Shown: in pieces, positions 1 through 13,200 of the stretch
Numbering within the stretch: position 1 is the stretch's first letter
How the letters are laid out: each line of letters opens with the position of its first letter
Source: Phoronis australis
Lineage: Eukaryota > Animalia > Phoronida
Direction: 5' to 3'
Assembly: GCA_002633005.1 (NCBI GenBank)
Contig: NMRA01000092.1
Coordinates: forward strand, 615,511-679,510
Length of the DNA: 64,000 nucleotides
Position numbers and translations under genes: made by a program
The notes under the pieces: generated by a model
Told to the model about the DNA's origin: nothing
What the model saw: the letters and a program-made list of their open reading frames with translations, nothing else
The model's database searches: none

Positions 1-694
1 AATCCACATGCAAAAATTCACGTCTTTTCCTTCACCCGTTTAAATAGCATCTACGTACGACTGAAAATAGGTCAACATGCACAAGATCCGCCATCTTGAA
101 TGCAACTTCCGGTTTTTTGGGTTGATATAATAGCATTTCACAAAAAACTAATATCCGTAAAATTTCAAAGGAATTGGCCTGATAATGCGCCCTCTACAGG
201 AGAAAACGTTTTTAGGCCAAAATTGAGGTGCGCATGCGCGATCGACGATATTTCCGCCATCTTTAATCGGAAGTAGACAATTTCCGGTATGCTTGTAGCA
301 AACTTCCGGTCCACTTACTGTGCCGATTCTTAGCCTTTTACGTAAAAAATTGTAGCCTCCAGAAGCATTTGAACCTTTAAATGAAAACAAAATGGCCGCC
401 ACAGCCGCCATCTTGGATCCGATTTTGACGAAAAACAATAGGCTTCCAGTACTTCCGGAAGTACGTATTATGTGTAAATTTCGTGATGATCGGACGAAAA
501 TTGCGACCTGTATCGTGCGAACAAACAAAAAAAAAAAACTTAGTGGAAGAGCAACATACTTGGCGAAATTTATTTCGCCAAGTAAAAACTTGACGACAGA
601 GCAACATACTTGTCGGAATTCGAAGAATTCCGCCAAGTAAAAACTTGACGACAGAGCAACATACTTGTCGGAATTCGAAGAATTCCGCCAAGTA
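1..694 (+). mobile_element. 3' part of a Helentron/HINE-like non-autonomous element with triplicated terminal hairpin
   Basis: Repeated ccgccatcttg/caaaatggccgcc motifs; three tandem termini gcaacatacttg...caagtaa starting at 551, 601 and 656, each a palindrome. Confidence 0.55.
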
Positions 695-702
695 ATAATC
701 AT

Positions 703-2751
703 TGTTATGGCCGCACATATTTATATGCCAGTGCATATTGCCGTCATCTCTGTCTGGGCGTCCGGCGTCCGTGGCTGTATCTCCTAAACTCCTTGCAGGA
801 TCGTATGGAAATTTGGCAGGTGTGTTCCTATGGGGTTGACGACATATGACGACGAATTTCGGACCGACCCAAATACCGCTGTGCTCCCTAGTGGCAATTT
901 TGGTTTTTTACGTTTACCTTTGTATGTTCAAGGGTCCTCAACCAATTTTCATGAAACTTGGCACATAGGCATGTGTTAATGAGATGACGCTATCTTTCCG
1001 TTTTTGGATGGATTTGAGTCATTTTGCGCCATCTAGTGGCCATTTTTAATATTTTTTGGTCTGTTTTTGGCGTCTGCCCTTCTAATCAACCAAACCACTC
1101 TAAGGATGATTGTGAAAATTGGCATGTATGTTTTTACTTAATGAAGAGGATGGTTGACGATTTTCCAACTTCGACTACTGTGCCCCCTCCTAGTGGCAGT
1201 TTTGTTTGTTTTTGTTGCGATGGCTGTACCTCCTAAATGAATGAAGCAAACGTATTTATATGAAGTTGACAACGGATGACGACCACTTTCAGACAAATTG
1301 AACTACCGGTGTGTTCCCTTGTGGCAATTTTATTTTGTTTTTGTTTACCTTTGTATATTCAAAGGTTCTCAAAGGATTTCCATAAAATTTGGCACATAGA
1401 CATCTATTAACGAGGTGACGCCATCCTCTCGTTTTCGGATGGATTCAAGGTATTTTGCGCCACCTAGTGGCCATTGTTATTGTTTTCGAATCTGTTTTTG
1501 CCGTCTGTCCCTCTGTCAACCAAGTTACTCTAAGGATGATTGTGAGAATTGTCATGTATGTTCTTACTGTGAAAAGCACGATTGACAATGATTTTCCATC
1601 ATATTCAACTACTGTGAAGCCTCCTAGTGGCAGTTTTTTGCGCCCATACCTGTATCTCCTAGGCCTTCTGCAGGATCTTTATTATGTTTAGTACCTGTAT
1701 TCATATGAAGTTAACAATAGAAGATGATGACTTTCAGATGGATACAATGAACACTGTGCCTCCTAGTGGCAATTTCACTTTTTCAGCTTTCCTCTGTTTC
1801 TGTGAAGTTCCTCGACGAATTTTCATGAAATTTGGTAAATGGCTGTCTTTTAAAGAAACGGTAACATTTCCGGTTTTCAGACAGATTCAACATATTTTGT
1901 GCCATCTAGTGGCCTTTTTTACTGTTTTCTTGTCTGTTTTTAGCGTCCACCCTCTGTCAACCAAACTGCTCGTAGGATTATTGTGAAAATTGGCTTTTAT
2001 GTTCTTAGTGTGAAGAGGACGGCTGACGATGATTTTCCGACTTCAATTGCTGTGGCGCCTCTTAGTGGCAGTTTTGTTTTTTGCCCCCTTAGCTGTATCT
2101 GATAAGCCCTCTGCAGGATCTTTATTAAATTGAGCATGTGTATTCATTTAAAGTTTACAACAGAAGACGACAACTTAACTGTGAAAAATATACTCACATT
2201 CGACCATTTTTTATACGGAATTCTGCCCTACGTCAAATATTCCAAAATAACTTGAAAGGTCTAGCGAAATTCATTCAAGACGCTTTGCAGCTTAGAAGTA
2301 AGTATTTGTTTATAAACTAGTCTGAAGTAGTCATATTTGAATGCGCAATATGTTATGTAATGGTTTAATTAGTATTAGGTTACCGAGTAAGCCCATTGAG
2401 GCTGGGGGCTGTGGTGATTATTCTGTCTGAGATTGTATTTACTGGCACCCTTATGTCACTACAATAAATGAATAATAATAAAATTCAGACGGATCCGACC
2501 AACGTTTAGCCCCCTAGTGGCAATTTCATTTCTTCTGTTTTGCTCTGTTGCTCTAAAGTTCCTTGGCAGATTTTCATGCAAGGTGGTAAATAGCTTTCTC
2601 TTAAAAAATGGTGTCATTTACGTGTTTTTGATGGATTCGAAGTATTTTGCACCATCCAATGGCCAGTTCTATGATCAAAATAAACAACCTAGAAGCACAC
2701 CGTTTGGAGTACATTTGTGGGTGCATTTCAATGCTTCGCATTGCTCTTGTT
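703..2751 (-). mobile_element. Helentron/DINE-1-like element with internal ~145-bp subunits in a ~435-bp higher-order repeat
   Basis: Minus strand starts AACAAGAG plus hairpin gcaatgc-gaa-gcattg; hairpin and cgtcc repeats at the other end; recurring gaaatttggca and ctagtggc blocks; related copies at 25.1 kb and 34.4 kb. Confidence 0.65.
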
Positions 2752-2829
2752 GATAACCACGTGAAGTCCTTCCTATCTAAGATTGACTCACATGTTGACA
2801 CTGAATCATGGTAGTAGTAGCACCACTAA

Positions 2830-3164
2830 AGGCCTTTTCATACTGACTGAACTCCGGTCTGAGTGGAGGGTCGATGTAAACTGCAAAGTTAACCAAACCA
2901 TTTATACTGGCTTCGGTAGTTAATGGACTTCAAAGTAAACTGTAGGTGACACGGTTGTCATCGAAGCAATCGTAAGGTAGCGCTGCACGCTAAAATTTAT
3001 TTTATTAAGACAATTCGGGAACATTTATATGTGCTCCGCTCTTAAATCCACCTGTTCACTGCGAAGTTGGCGCTTTTAACTTTGATCCAGGACCGAATTT
3101 AAGTGTTTATACTGACTGCAACTCTTTAAAACGTCCAGGCGTCAACATTAGTATGAAAGACCCT
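2830..3164. mobile_element. MITE, PIF/Harbinger-like
   Basis: Imperfect TIR aggccttttcatact / agtatgaaagaccct. Confidence 0.55.
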
Positions 3165-4080
3165 TATTATAAAACCTGTATTATAAGAACAGTACCGTAT
3201 TTGCCCTAATAAGCACCCATGCCCCTATAAGCGCCCACACGCATTTTCAGACTTCGCTAAAATAAGCACCCAGTTCATGAATGTGTACATTCGAAAAATG
3301 CCTACCTGCAGTTCTACAATTCTAGAGTTACGTCTTCAATTTATCAATAAGATATGACAGTCCTGAAAAAAGTCATTGAGCATGGAATTTGTAGACCACG
3401 AGCCTCACCGCTATGTATGTATTTAGCTGTGACTATACTCTGCAAACTTCTGCCGTGCTTCAAAAAGAATGCAAGTTTTGCTGGTCTTGTGAGAAACATG
3501 TCCCATAATGCCCTAGCCTTTCAGAACAGATGCAGTGTACTTGTCAAAGGGATTGTATTGTATCTTTCCCCTACTGATCTTCTCTCTCAATAGGCATCCA
3601 AATTTCTTTGTACATGTGAAAACCGCAAGTCGAAGACTACTAAAAAATTGACCTTTATTAAAAGCACGTGGGCAAGAAGCGCGCGCTACATGCATGTACC
3701 TCACCAAAGACATTAGTCTTCGACATTTGTCTTCAGGAACTATCCATGAAACGGGTAGGAATGGACTTAGGTGGGTGTGTGGGTGGATGTAGCCTTAGCA
3801 AAAGGCAATTAGTCTGTCCAAGTGAGCTGAGCACCCCAAACAACAGTTATTGGCTCTCTGACGTTGGGCAAGTGATGCACCGTGTATAATGAGGTGCAGT
3901 ATGGTTTACCACACCAAATCTTGGCTCCTCAAATTTCTCATTAAGAATAAGGATTGAGAAATTTTTGCTGGCTCACTGCCATGGTTGGTACCATATACTA
4001 CATTTGTTCTCATTGGGGTATCTACTTTCAGACACTCTCTAAAATTTGGGACACCAAAAACTCTAGTCATGGGACATCAG

Positions 4081-5320
4081 CAATTGACCTATCGCCACGA
4101 TTTTGACTGACGGCTTTACTGACCCATTGGAACAGCATTCTTGACATACATTCGTCTACAATTCCAAGCCGCCATTTTACCCGACAAACAACACGTCACA
4201 CGTCGGTAGAGCTTATTTTAATCTATTACTCAAGAAATTATGCAATAAGAATGATGAGACGAAGTTGCTACGGTGTGTGTATTATTCCGAAAGCCATTAC
4301 ACAGCTCAAGAAGAATATGCCGTCACTTTTTGGGCATTCCCAAAGCCAAAAACTGCTGTTGAAAGGTGGGAATGATGGATCAAACTGTGTGGATGGCCAC
4401 ACAAGCAGCTGAACTTGGCAATATAGCTTGATTACTCCAGGGCTAAACACAATTATTTTTGTTCCAAGGTACTGACTAAATATTTTTGAATATTGAAAAA
4501 CTGCAGCATTTGATATTATGGTTACCATTTAGTGGATTTCATAGGGTGGTATCTGGTTGGTACTATCCGCATAAATTCTCGATTTTGGCTTGATATAGCA
4601 GTTTTTTAGTTTTAACTTCTCAGAGGCACAGTGTACACAATTATCTATTTTTGAGAGACCATCATCCAAGTTTAACTGTTTAATGGGAAGACCATTCACA
4701 CTGAGTTCAGCCTTCTAGAAACAAGATGTAAATAGTTTTTTTACTGTCACCAATCTCAAGAAAATAATTACGGTCCATTTCCGTCCATTAACTTGTCTTG
4801 GACAAAGCCGTAGACCTACCGAGCTAAGTGCTTAGGACAAGATGAGTGTGTACCTGAGCTATGAACCTGGGTTTTTTTAATCAAAATATTTCATTTGAGG
4901 ATTAGATCAGCATAAACAGTGCTATCGACTCGACCAACTTCACTCGAGAAATCCCATCTTGTGACCTACTTTTCATTGGCGGAATTTTGCAGACCGAAGA
5001 ATAAAAATATCGCCGAATCTTCACTGATTTTGTTCAAGATATCCTGACTTGACATCGTACAGATAATTACGACTTTAAGGTACATACCCAGCTCTACATG
5101 AACATATCACATCAGTGGCCTTGTCATTTGTCAGGTGCAGGTGAACCCCGTGTGAGGTTCTTTGGATTTTGGCTGGCTCCAAAATACTTTTCCTCGAACA
5201 CTTTTTTTTACCATCACTTTTATAAATTCTCACTTCATAAACGAACGACTCTTTGCCGAAAAGCATAGCCTGTTGTCTTTGCCAAAGCGTTTTCGGATGG
5301 TCCAAAAACACTCATCCATT
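4081..5320 (-). mobile_element. Decayed DNA-transposon remnant with SWIM-like and YqaJ-like peptide traces
   Basis: ORF 5075-5311 ends VICSCRAG (SWIM-like start); 4268-4460 gives YCQVQL and FNSSFW (YqaJ-like); left end caattgacctatcgc is shared with a repeat at 13.67-13.81 kb. Confidence 0.35.
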
Positions 5321-7131
5321 CCATCAGGAAAATTGTTCAGTGATGGTATGTTTGCCTCCGACATCTTGTTACTTTGTCGGGTGTCACGTTACTTTTTCCA
5401 AGGGGGCTTAGCTTGCGATACGTCAATTCATTGTATTTCTCAAATGTTAGACATTGCGTTTTCTATATAGTATCTAGTATGAACATAGAAATTCCTGGAA
5501 ATAGCCGCCACTGCAACGTTTTCATGCATCCGGCTCTACAGAGCATAAGATCGGGGTGACTGATTATTGAATCGTAATTCTTGAATTTGGTACAGTCAAT
5601 GTTGCCAATTTTTTAAATTCAGTACAAGCTCCCAACTTGAGTAAAACAACTTATTTTTTACTATCCCAAACTAGGGAATTTTTACCACGCAATTTTGTTA
5701 CTCACTTTAAGGCTAGAGCCTCTTGCAGATTGTTACTCACATTAAGGCTAGAGTCTGTAGAAGATTGTTTCTAGGCTGGAAAGTTTTACCCCTGTCCACT
5801 TAAATCTCAGGGCTTGGATTTTCCTCATTTACGAGGATTTGCTCTTCTTCTGTTTTAGTTTACACCACAGGAAATATTTCTATCACATAAACCTATTTAT
5901 TTGTAGAGTGATACATCACCTGGATATTTTTCCCCCTTTTTGTCATTGATCATTCCAAGCCCTTAACGCAGATGTGTATGAATATCATTCATAGGCACAT
6001 GCCACGTTAATTGCGTGTCAGTGTTGTAATCAAAATGTTCACTGCTTTAACTGCATGGTCCACATACAATTATGTTTCATAAATAATTGTTTGAGATCAT
6101 AAAGCATATGGTAATTGGTTGTCTAGAGCTGCTGGTAAGTGATAGGGGCTACCTGTGTAAACGCATGTCCTGATAAAATAAAATTTTGTTTAAGTGCTTG
6201 TAGCAGCCTTTGGAAAATATTAAATAATTACGGCAATTATTTGACCCATATTATTTTGTGCTCCCACATATTTTTGTGTATGTGTATGTGGTTGGGTGTA
6301 CGCCTGTGCATGCATGCGTGTGCACGTGCAAATGTGTGTGTGTGTGTGTATTGGTGCAGATGTCAGTATCACATTCAGATGCATGTTTATGTAATATAAT
6401 AAACATGATCTTATGGATAGGACAGTACGAACCAATTTTCGGAGGGATCTGGCTACTGGGGTACCCCCATAAGTCACAGATAGATATGCTAATTCTTCAC
6501 TTAGTTAGCCCACAATATGGCCAACTAGTGAAATTCTGTTTTGTTAAATTTCTCCACAAAAGGAAAGATTAAGAACATTTTAGTCTATTACAAGCTTGGA
6601 TTGTAGTGTGTTGATGTCATAAAATGTCATTTGATGAAACTTCAATTATTTGAAAAAGGGTAACCAGCCTTTAAAAATGGGAAAATGGCAATTTTGGGAA
6701 TTATTGTTGTGTAAAATAAGTGGAAAATTGCCATATCTATAAAGGAAATGGTGTTGCTTTCCTGTTTTCAGATTGATTCAACGTATTCGTTGCTACCTAA
6801 TGGCCGCTTTTACTTTTTTGCCGTCATGTACTCATACACAGCCGAACCGCATTTTTTCCTGTTTCCCACACTGTCAGCCAATAGACGTTTTTACTCAATA
6901 CAATTTCACACTAATTCAACTTGTAAATATGCAAGGGTTGCTCTTAACCGTTCCTACTTTTTTGCACTTTTTAAACTTTTACCCTCTTTTGCTATTTTGT
7001 TATGAAGTTCATTCCTACTTTACTTTTTGTGAAAAGCTGTTGGGAAGCTTGCAATTATATCTTTGATTTGCTTTTATTGTTTGAATTATTTAAACATCAG
7101 AATAAACTGAAGAATGGGAGTTCTCCTGTGA

Positions 7132-7530
7132 TTAGTGCCATTTACACTTACAAAGTTGACACGGAACAGCTGACACAGAACTGAGCGAATTGTTCCAGTG
7201 TGTAAACGGACTGACACGGAGCAAATTGACACAGCGGTGACAAATTTTTGCCACCCGTTCGTGAGGTAGAGTAATTTGCGCGAAACTGGAGCAAGGCGGA
7301 GAGGATCATCTCTACTGCGCTTGTGCAATGACCTTCATACAAGTTCTTTGTCTCTGCAACTCTGGTCATTTGTAAACTGGCTGTGCATGTGCGATCCAGT
7401 CTGTCCAGTCTTCAATTTCCGCCTTGCCACGGTTAGTGAGTTGTGTGACTGTGTAAACGGCCACTTGACACAGGTCAATTTGCTCTGTGTCAGTTGCGCC
7501 AGGCCAAAAGTTGATGTCTAAAGGGGACTA
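7132..7530. mobile_element. MITE with imperfect TIRs; second, interrupted copy at ~13350-14050
   Basis: tagtgccatttacac / gtctaaaggggacta ends; gtgtaaac and caaattgac subrepeats shared with the 13-14 kb copy. Confidence 0.55.
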
Positions 7531-7913
7531 TTGTTCCTTGGTGCAAGTCAGTTGTTGCTCTTTCTCCACAGATGGTTTGTTTATTCTGAGAATGATTGGC
7601 ATATCACACCAGTGTTATCTAGTTAATGGTTAACTTATGGCAACTGTTCTGTCATAGACTTGTCAATATTTGCCATTCCAGGAGTTTACTGTTGACCTTT
7701 GGCTTGCACATTTTACTAATAACTCATTAAAGTTCATAGAAACTTGAAGTCATTTCTGTTGTGAGCTGCCAAAATAGGACAAATGGACTAGTAGAATAAA
7801 TATGTACAGCCTAATCTGTTAATTGATGTTCATTTGACTGAATATACCATAACTGCATGGAATAAAGTCAACGAACCTAGATAACATTTTTGGTCTTCAC
7901 TCTGAGGACTTTC

Positions 7914-9895
7914 CAGGGATATTACCCAGGTTTCAAAACTCGGCTTGCCACCTGGGTGAGTGAGCCAGAAAATCTACTCGCCCAGCCCAAAATTCAGTCG
8001 CCTAGTCGTCAGTCACCACTAACTTGCAGCCAGCGTCAATAAAAGTGATCGTTTCATGCGTTGATGTCACCATCTATTAGGTTTGTTAGGTCTAATATCG
8101 TTTTTAGAAGATGTAGAATTCCTACCAACAAAATTTCGACGTCGATGAATTCCCAGCAACGCAAGCCGTAGCCTTGGCGCAAAGCTGCATACTAATATAC
8201 AGCTATGTGCCGATGTGGGTAAAAGATTGACTAGATAAAATCTTACACAAAATTAGTGTCATTAAAAACTACTTTTCCTTGAGTACACTAAATTATTTAC
8301 CGTTTTTGGGGATAATAGGCGTTCTACAATTATTCAGCTGCTAAAATTGCGGCATTTTCTTTGCGTCAGCTTTCAGTGCCATGAAATATTGTGTTGGATT
8401 CTTCAATCAAATGTCATTCTTTCACTAGGTTGCATACACGTAACAACAAATTATCGCAATTGGTTTCACTTCAATACAAGTTTTTAATATTTTAATACCA
8501 GCAAACCAAATTTCAGAGAGATGTCGTAAAACTTTAGGAAATGGCGTGTGTCACGAGCATACTGTTTTCAAAACAACGACTTACTTTTTTTTGTTACAAA
8601 GGGTGAGAAAAACCCAAGAAAATGACATTTATTAGATTGTTCTTCATTTAAACGGCTGTAACGGGCAAGGTGAGTGGCAGTTGACTCCTAGATTTTGCAT
8701 GCACTACCTGCCAGTCTTTAGCTCTACATGTTGATACTAGTTTCAGTGCGAGGTGATGAGCAGAACTACCCGGGCTGTGTGCAATTTCGAGAACTGTTGG
8801 AGATCAACACAGTGGTATCTAACTGTATTTTTACAAAAGTCTTCCTACAGCTAGCTGGCTGGCTACACAAGACAATACGTACGCCATCCAACATAGAAAC
8901 TACATTTTAATTAAAATTGCTTGCCATCTTCTGTGTCTCAAAGCCAGGCCTGCCCTTTCTGCCGATCTGATTCAAAATCTCGCCTTCTTGTTTTCCTCAT
9001 AAGCTGCATGATATTTTTTTCTGCTGTAGTTTACTTGGAAGGAGGGCTGATTCCATTTAAAAAACTCCACATTGTTATGCTTGACAAATGAAAATGAGAA
9101 CACCCAAGACGATAGCACGTGCACCAGTCGTGCTCAAGTCAACGTGCGTATCACGATTCTGCCTCATGCGTAGACTAGACTGGAACAGTTTTCAAAGAAT
9201 GGTAATAATACTTATTGTCTTACTAGTGGACGCACCAAGAAACGCTGTGCTGTACTGCTAAATCATATGGCTGGACCATAACACGGAAAAAGCCTTGCAC
9301 CTGGAAATCTCATGGCGCACCAAATAGACTATACGTGTATGATCAATCTAGCTAAAATTGCGATATTTTATTTTGCTAATAACGATAACAAGGACAACCA
9401 TTTTAACATATATGTGTTCACTGTTATTATTTATAAAATAATCTTGGCTAAAATTATAATAAGAAGTAAGTTCCAATTAGTAATATGGTATTTCACTTGC
9501 TGTAAGCACATGGACCGGTTTTCCGCCTTTCCCATCTTTTTCTTCGTTTCGGACTTGTCCACCTTTGTGTAGGACCTACCACACGTCACACTCACTGTGA
9601 CCTTTTGCATTGACGAATCGCATAACAGTTAACATCTACTGGTGGGAGCGCACTGCGCTGATGTTTTTACTGTTGGAGCATCGACATGCGGACCAAACTT
9701 AACCTTAAGACTTTTTTCATGATAAAAACAGCTTAGGGAGGAGAGAATTTACTCATTTTTTTCTGGGAAACGATTGAGTGCTTTTGCACTCTGAAAATTC
9801 GCTCGCCACCTGGGTGAACGGCAAGTGAACTTCTACTCGCCTAGCACCATTTCTACTCGCATTGGCGACTAGGCGAGTGTCTAAGTATATCCCTG
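7914..9895. mobile_element. Non-autonomous hAT-like composite element
   Basis: TIR cagggatat / atatccctg; direct flank ctttc at 7909-7913 and 9896-9900; ctactcgcc subterminal repeats at both ends. Confidence 0.7.
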
Positions 9896-10275
9896 CTTTC
9901 TCAAACTAATTGTGGCGTCAGAGAGACTGGGACGTGTCTCTATTTGTGGAGGAACCTTGTTCTTTAATGTGGAAAACTTCTCGTATCCATCTTGTGCTTC
10001 TGTTCATTTCCCGGGACTAAATTTTGTAACTGTCCCAATTGATGACATGATTAAACTGTGTAGTAGTGAGTATGATCAGTGACTGCCGAGCTGTGGTACA
10101 CGGGATGAGAAGCCCATTTTTGGTTACGTGTGTAGGGACGGTGTTCCTCAGACTCCTTATCTTTGTGATGTTTGGAAAGACAAGTCCCGAGTCTCCTACC
10201 AGTCTCACCAATATAAGCGCTATCACAGGTAGCGCAGGGTATCTGATAAGCCACACTGATGTTATCCTCAAAACT
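9896..10275 (-). mobile_element. Penelope-like retroelement fragment, decayed GIY-YIG endonuclease
   Basis: YQIPCATCDSAYIGETGRRLG...SAVTDH...HVINWD...REMNRSTRWIRE...NRD, with a frameshift and a stop. Confidence 0.88.
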
Positions 10276-13200
10276 ACATTTGTCCCTAATTTATTACTAT
10301 TTGTATGTTTATTATTATAGTTACATGAAAGTAAATAACTATAAACAAACAATAGGTACTTTTATATCCCCAGCCATGTGGTTGTATGTCATCATTTTAA
10401 ATTATTCAGTTTGGCAGGCAGTACCTTTTACTAAATAATATTTATTTTATCATGTCTACAGCTGGTTTTTCTATTAGTTTTCTATTTTCTAATACTTTTA
10501 AATGATTATTAAACACATCTGTGAGGGTAGCTAATTGCATGGGAACTCTTCTTAAATATTTGAATTAATTTGTACAAAAACAAAGATTTTTATGTTTGAC
10601 TTAACAATTTTTATGTTTGATGTAACAATTATTACAAACACCACGCAGTCTGTCATCGACCTGAGTCCCAATGAAACTACCCGTTACAATTTCCAAAGGT
10701 TAAACATAACAGACCTTAACTGAACCAAGACAGATCTGTGAATTGAGGAGTGGAAAAAATAAATTTCTACAGTTAAGTCAGATTTAAGTGTTGCATAAGC
10801 ACCAAGCTTTGCCTTAGTACCCGGCCAACCATTTCCTTTCAATTTTGTTTTTTACTTAAAATGTTAAACGTCTGTTAGTTACACAGCATCCATTTTCATG
10901 AAAGAATGTTTTAAATTAGTAGTCGTATATATATTCAATCAATATAACCAAAATGTCTTCACAGAGGAACTATGTTGGGTTGGAAAGCTTTGACATTTAA
11001 AATATTTTGTCTCTTTTTATCTTATTCATTATTAATTATATATTATAACTCTGTTTGTCATAATAATCATTTCACTTTGTTTGTGCACAAGGCCAAGTCA
11101 CGTTACAAGCATGAGAGTCTGCGAGAAATGCAAACCATGGTACATTGCAACAGTAGAAGGCATTTTTACGCAAACCCACTGGACTGAGTATCCCGACTGC
11201 CTGGTTGACCAGTGGGGATACAGCCTTGTTGTTATCAGTTTGACAGTGGAAAACCAATGTTTACATAGTCCAGCTCTCTTATTGTCTGCTTTCATCTGAT
11301 GCTCATGTAATACAGCAATTATGTTGTAAACAGCTAGCCTGAACTAACTGATATTTAAAAATTCTATTTGCAAATAACTTTAAACAAATGTCCTGAAGCA
11401 GATACGTTTTGTGTGAAATACGTCACCAAAAAACTTGGAATGGAAAAAAAACGGTTGACTTTTAGAGAAATTGGACTTGACTTTCACCTGTTGATTCCTT
11501 TGAGTGGCTGTAAGCTCTGACCAGCTTAACCACAGTATTGTGTATCAACAGAAGGCTTGCTAACAAGTTTAATTGGGCGTAATTCTAGATTGGATCCTGA
11601 CAGTGGAAATTTCTTGATTTTTACACTCCAGGAGAATGGTACCTAATGACAGGTGTTAGTGCAGTGCCAGAGTAATTGTAGGGCACTAAACTGTAAGATT
11701 TGTAAAAGATCATCAATGTTGTAACAACCTCTGTAACATTATTTTTTGTTAAAAACTACTTTGGACATATGAATATTTGAAATAAATAAAATTGATGTGA
11801 CCGTTCTACTGAAAATCAAGTTTTTTGTTAAACTTGGTGAGTCGTTCACTTACTGATGTGCTGCCACTAGCTCTTAAGAATAATTTGGTGACTGCAGGTG
11901 TTCATATGGGAGATTTCAACCTACAAACTTCCAGGCACTCTCTCATGCCTGATCTATTGCCTGTTAGTTTAACTAATGCATTTGTGAAGAGGCCTCCTCA
12001 TGTTATTTTGTTGCTGTGTAAATAAGTGTATGTTGCCTGTATGAATGTAGTAGTAAAGATTTCTTGTATGTCAAGGAATTTCCATAAACATTGTCTTTTA
12101 TCTTTTAACTACTGTTCTGCATTTGTTTATTTAATACTCTGATAGTACTGTTTATAAAGTCTTGTTTATACTTACAAAAGTTGACAGGGATCAGCCATGG
12201 AGTGAATAAATTCGCTTACAAGGAGAACACAGCATTTCTTAGATATTGTGGAATTTTCACTGCTTGTTCTTCAGCCTTGTTCCGAGTGGCTTTCACCAGG
12301 ATCAAGGAGAAGATGGCACCAGAGTCGGAAACAGTTGTGATGACCGTATTGTCAGTGCAACCAAGACCCAATTAAGAGTTAAATAAACCTGCCATAAACT
12401 GTTGTAAACATCTCTGCCAGTTCATACTGGCTAATTTTCAAAATGCTTAAACCAATAATTTTTATTAAAAATAAACATTACAGGGTATTCAGCAGCAGAA
12501 AACAACTTAGTGTGGTTTTCAATGCAAACATTGGTTACGCACTGAAGGTAAACAACGTGGGTAGTGATATACTCAGAGGATTTACACACGATGATCATAA
12601 TTAAACAATATCACATAGTTTTTTCTGTTAGTATACAACTTAACTACATTACTACAAATAAAAACAGCACACTTGACCAGATAATAGCTTTTAAGACAGC
12701 ACTTGTCACTCAGTCACTATTTCATTCCAGGAGTAGCATGCTAACCCGAAAACTGTGCGATTTGGTTAACAGCTGGCGATTAAACACTTGTGAAGACTAA
12801 CTATGGCCAGCGGCAAAGTCAATGAGAAAATTCAAACAATAGATGAGGTGGGTCGATGGGCGAGGGCTAAACTTCTAAGTTTCACTGATGATCAAAATCT
12901 GCCACTGTTTTGCCACTTCAAGCTTAAAAGTAAAATCAAAAGATATCAACCCGGCTGGAAACAAAACAAAGTAGACTGTAGTATTGACAATAAAATGATG
13001 AAAACCATTATGAAAACCAATGGTCATTTGGGAAATGGCTCATTGTCAAGATGAAAACTGTGCTTTCGACATTTCAGGCTGTAACTGAGCAAATGTCAGA
13101 GAAAACCAATTCCAGTGTAATAACAACCACCACTGATGAGAAAGTAGTACTAGCCATTAATGACACCTTTCCACTTGATTGGCTTAGAGCTACATGAATG

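Noticed and set aside
536-694. CRISPR-like palindromic direct repeats
   Set aside because: The intervening sequences are not unique spacers, there are no cas genes, and the context is eukaryotic.
148-736. ORFs of 184 and 119 aa
   Set aside because: They lie in a repeat element and its tandem hairpins; the repeated peptides mirror DNA repeats and show no domain.
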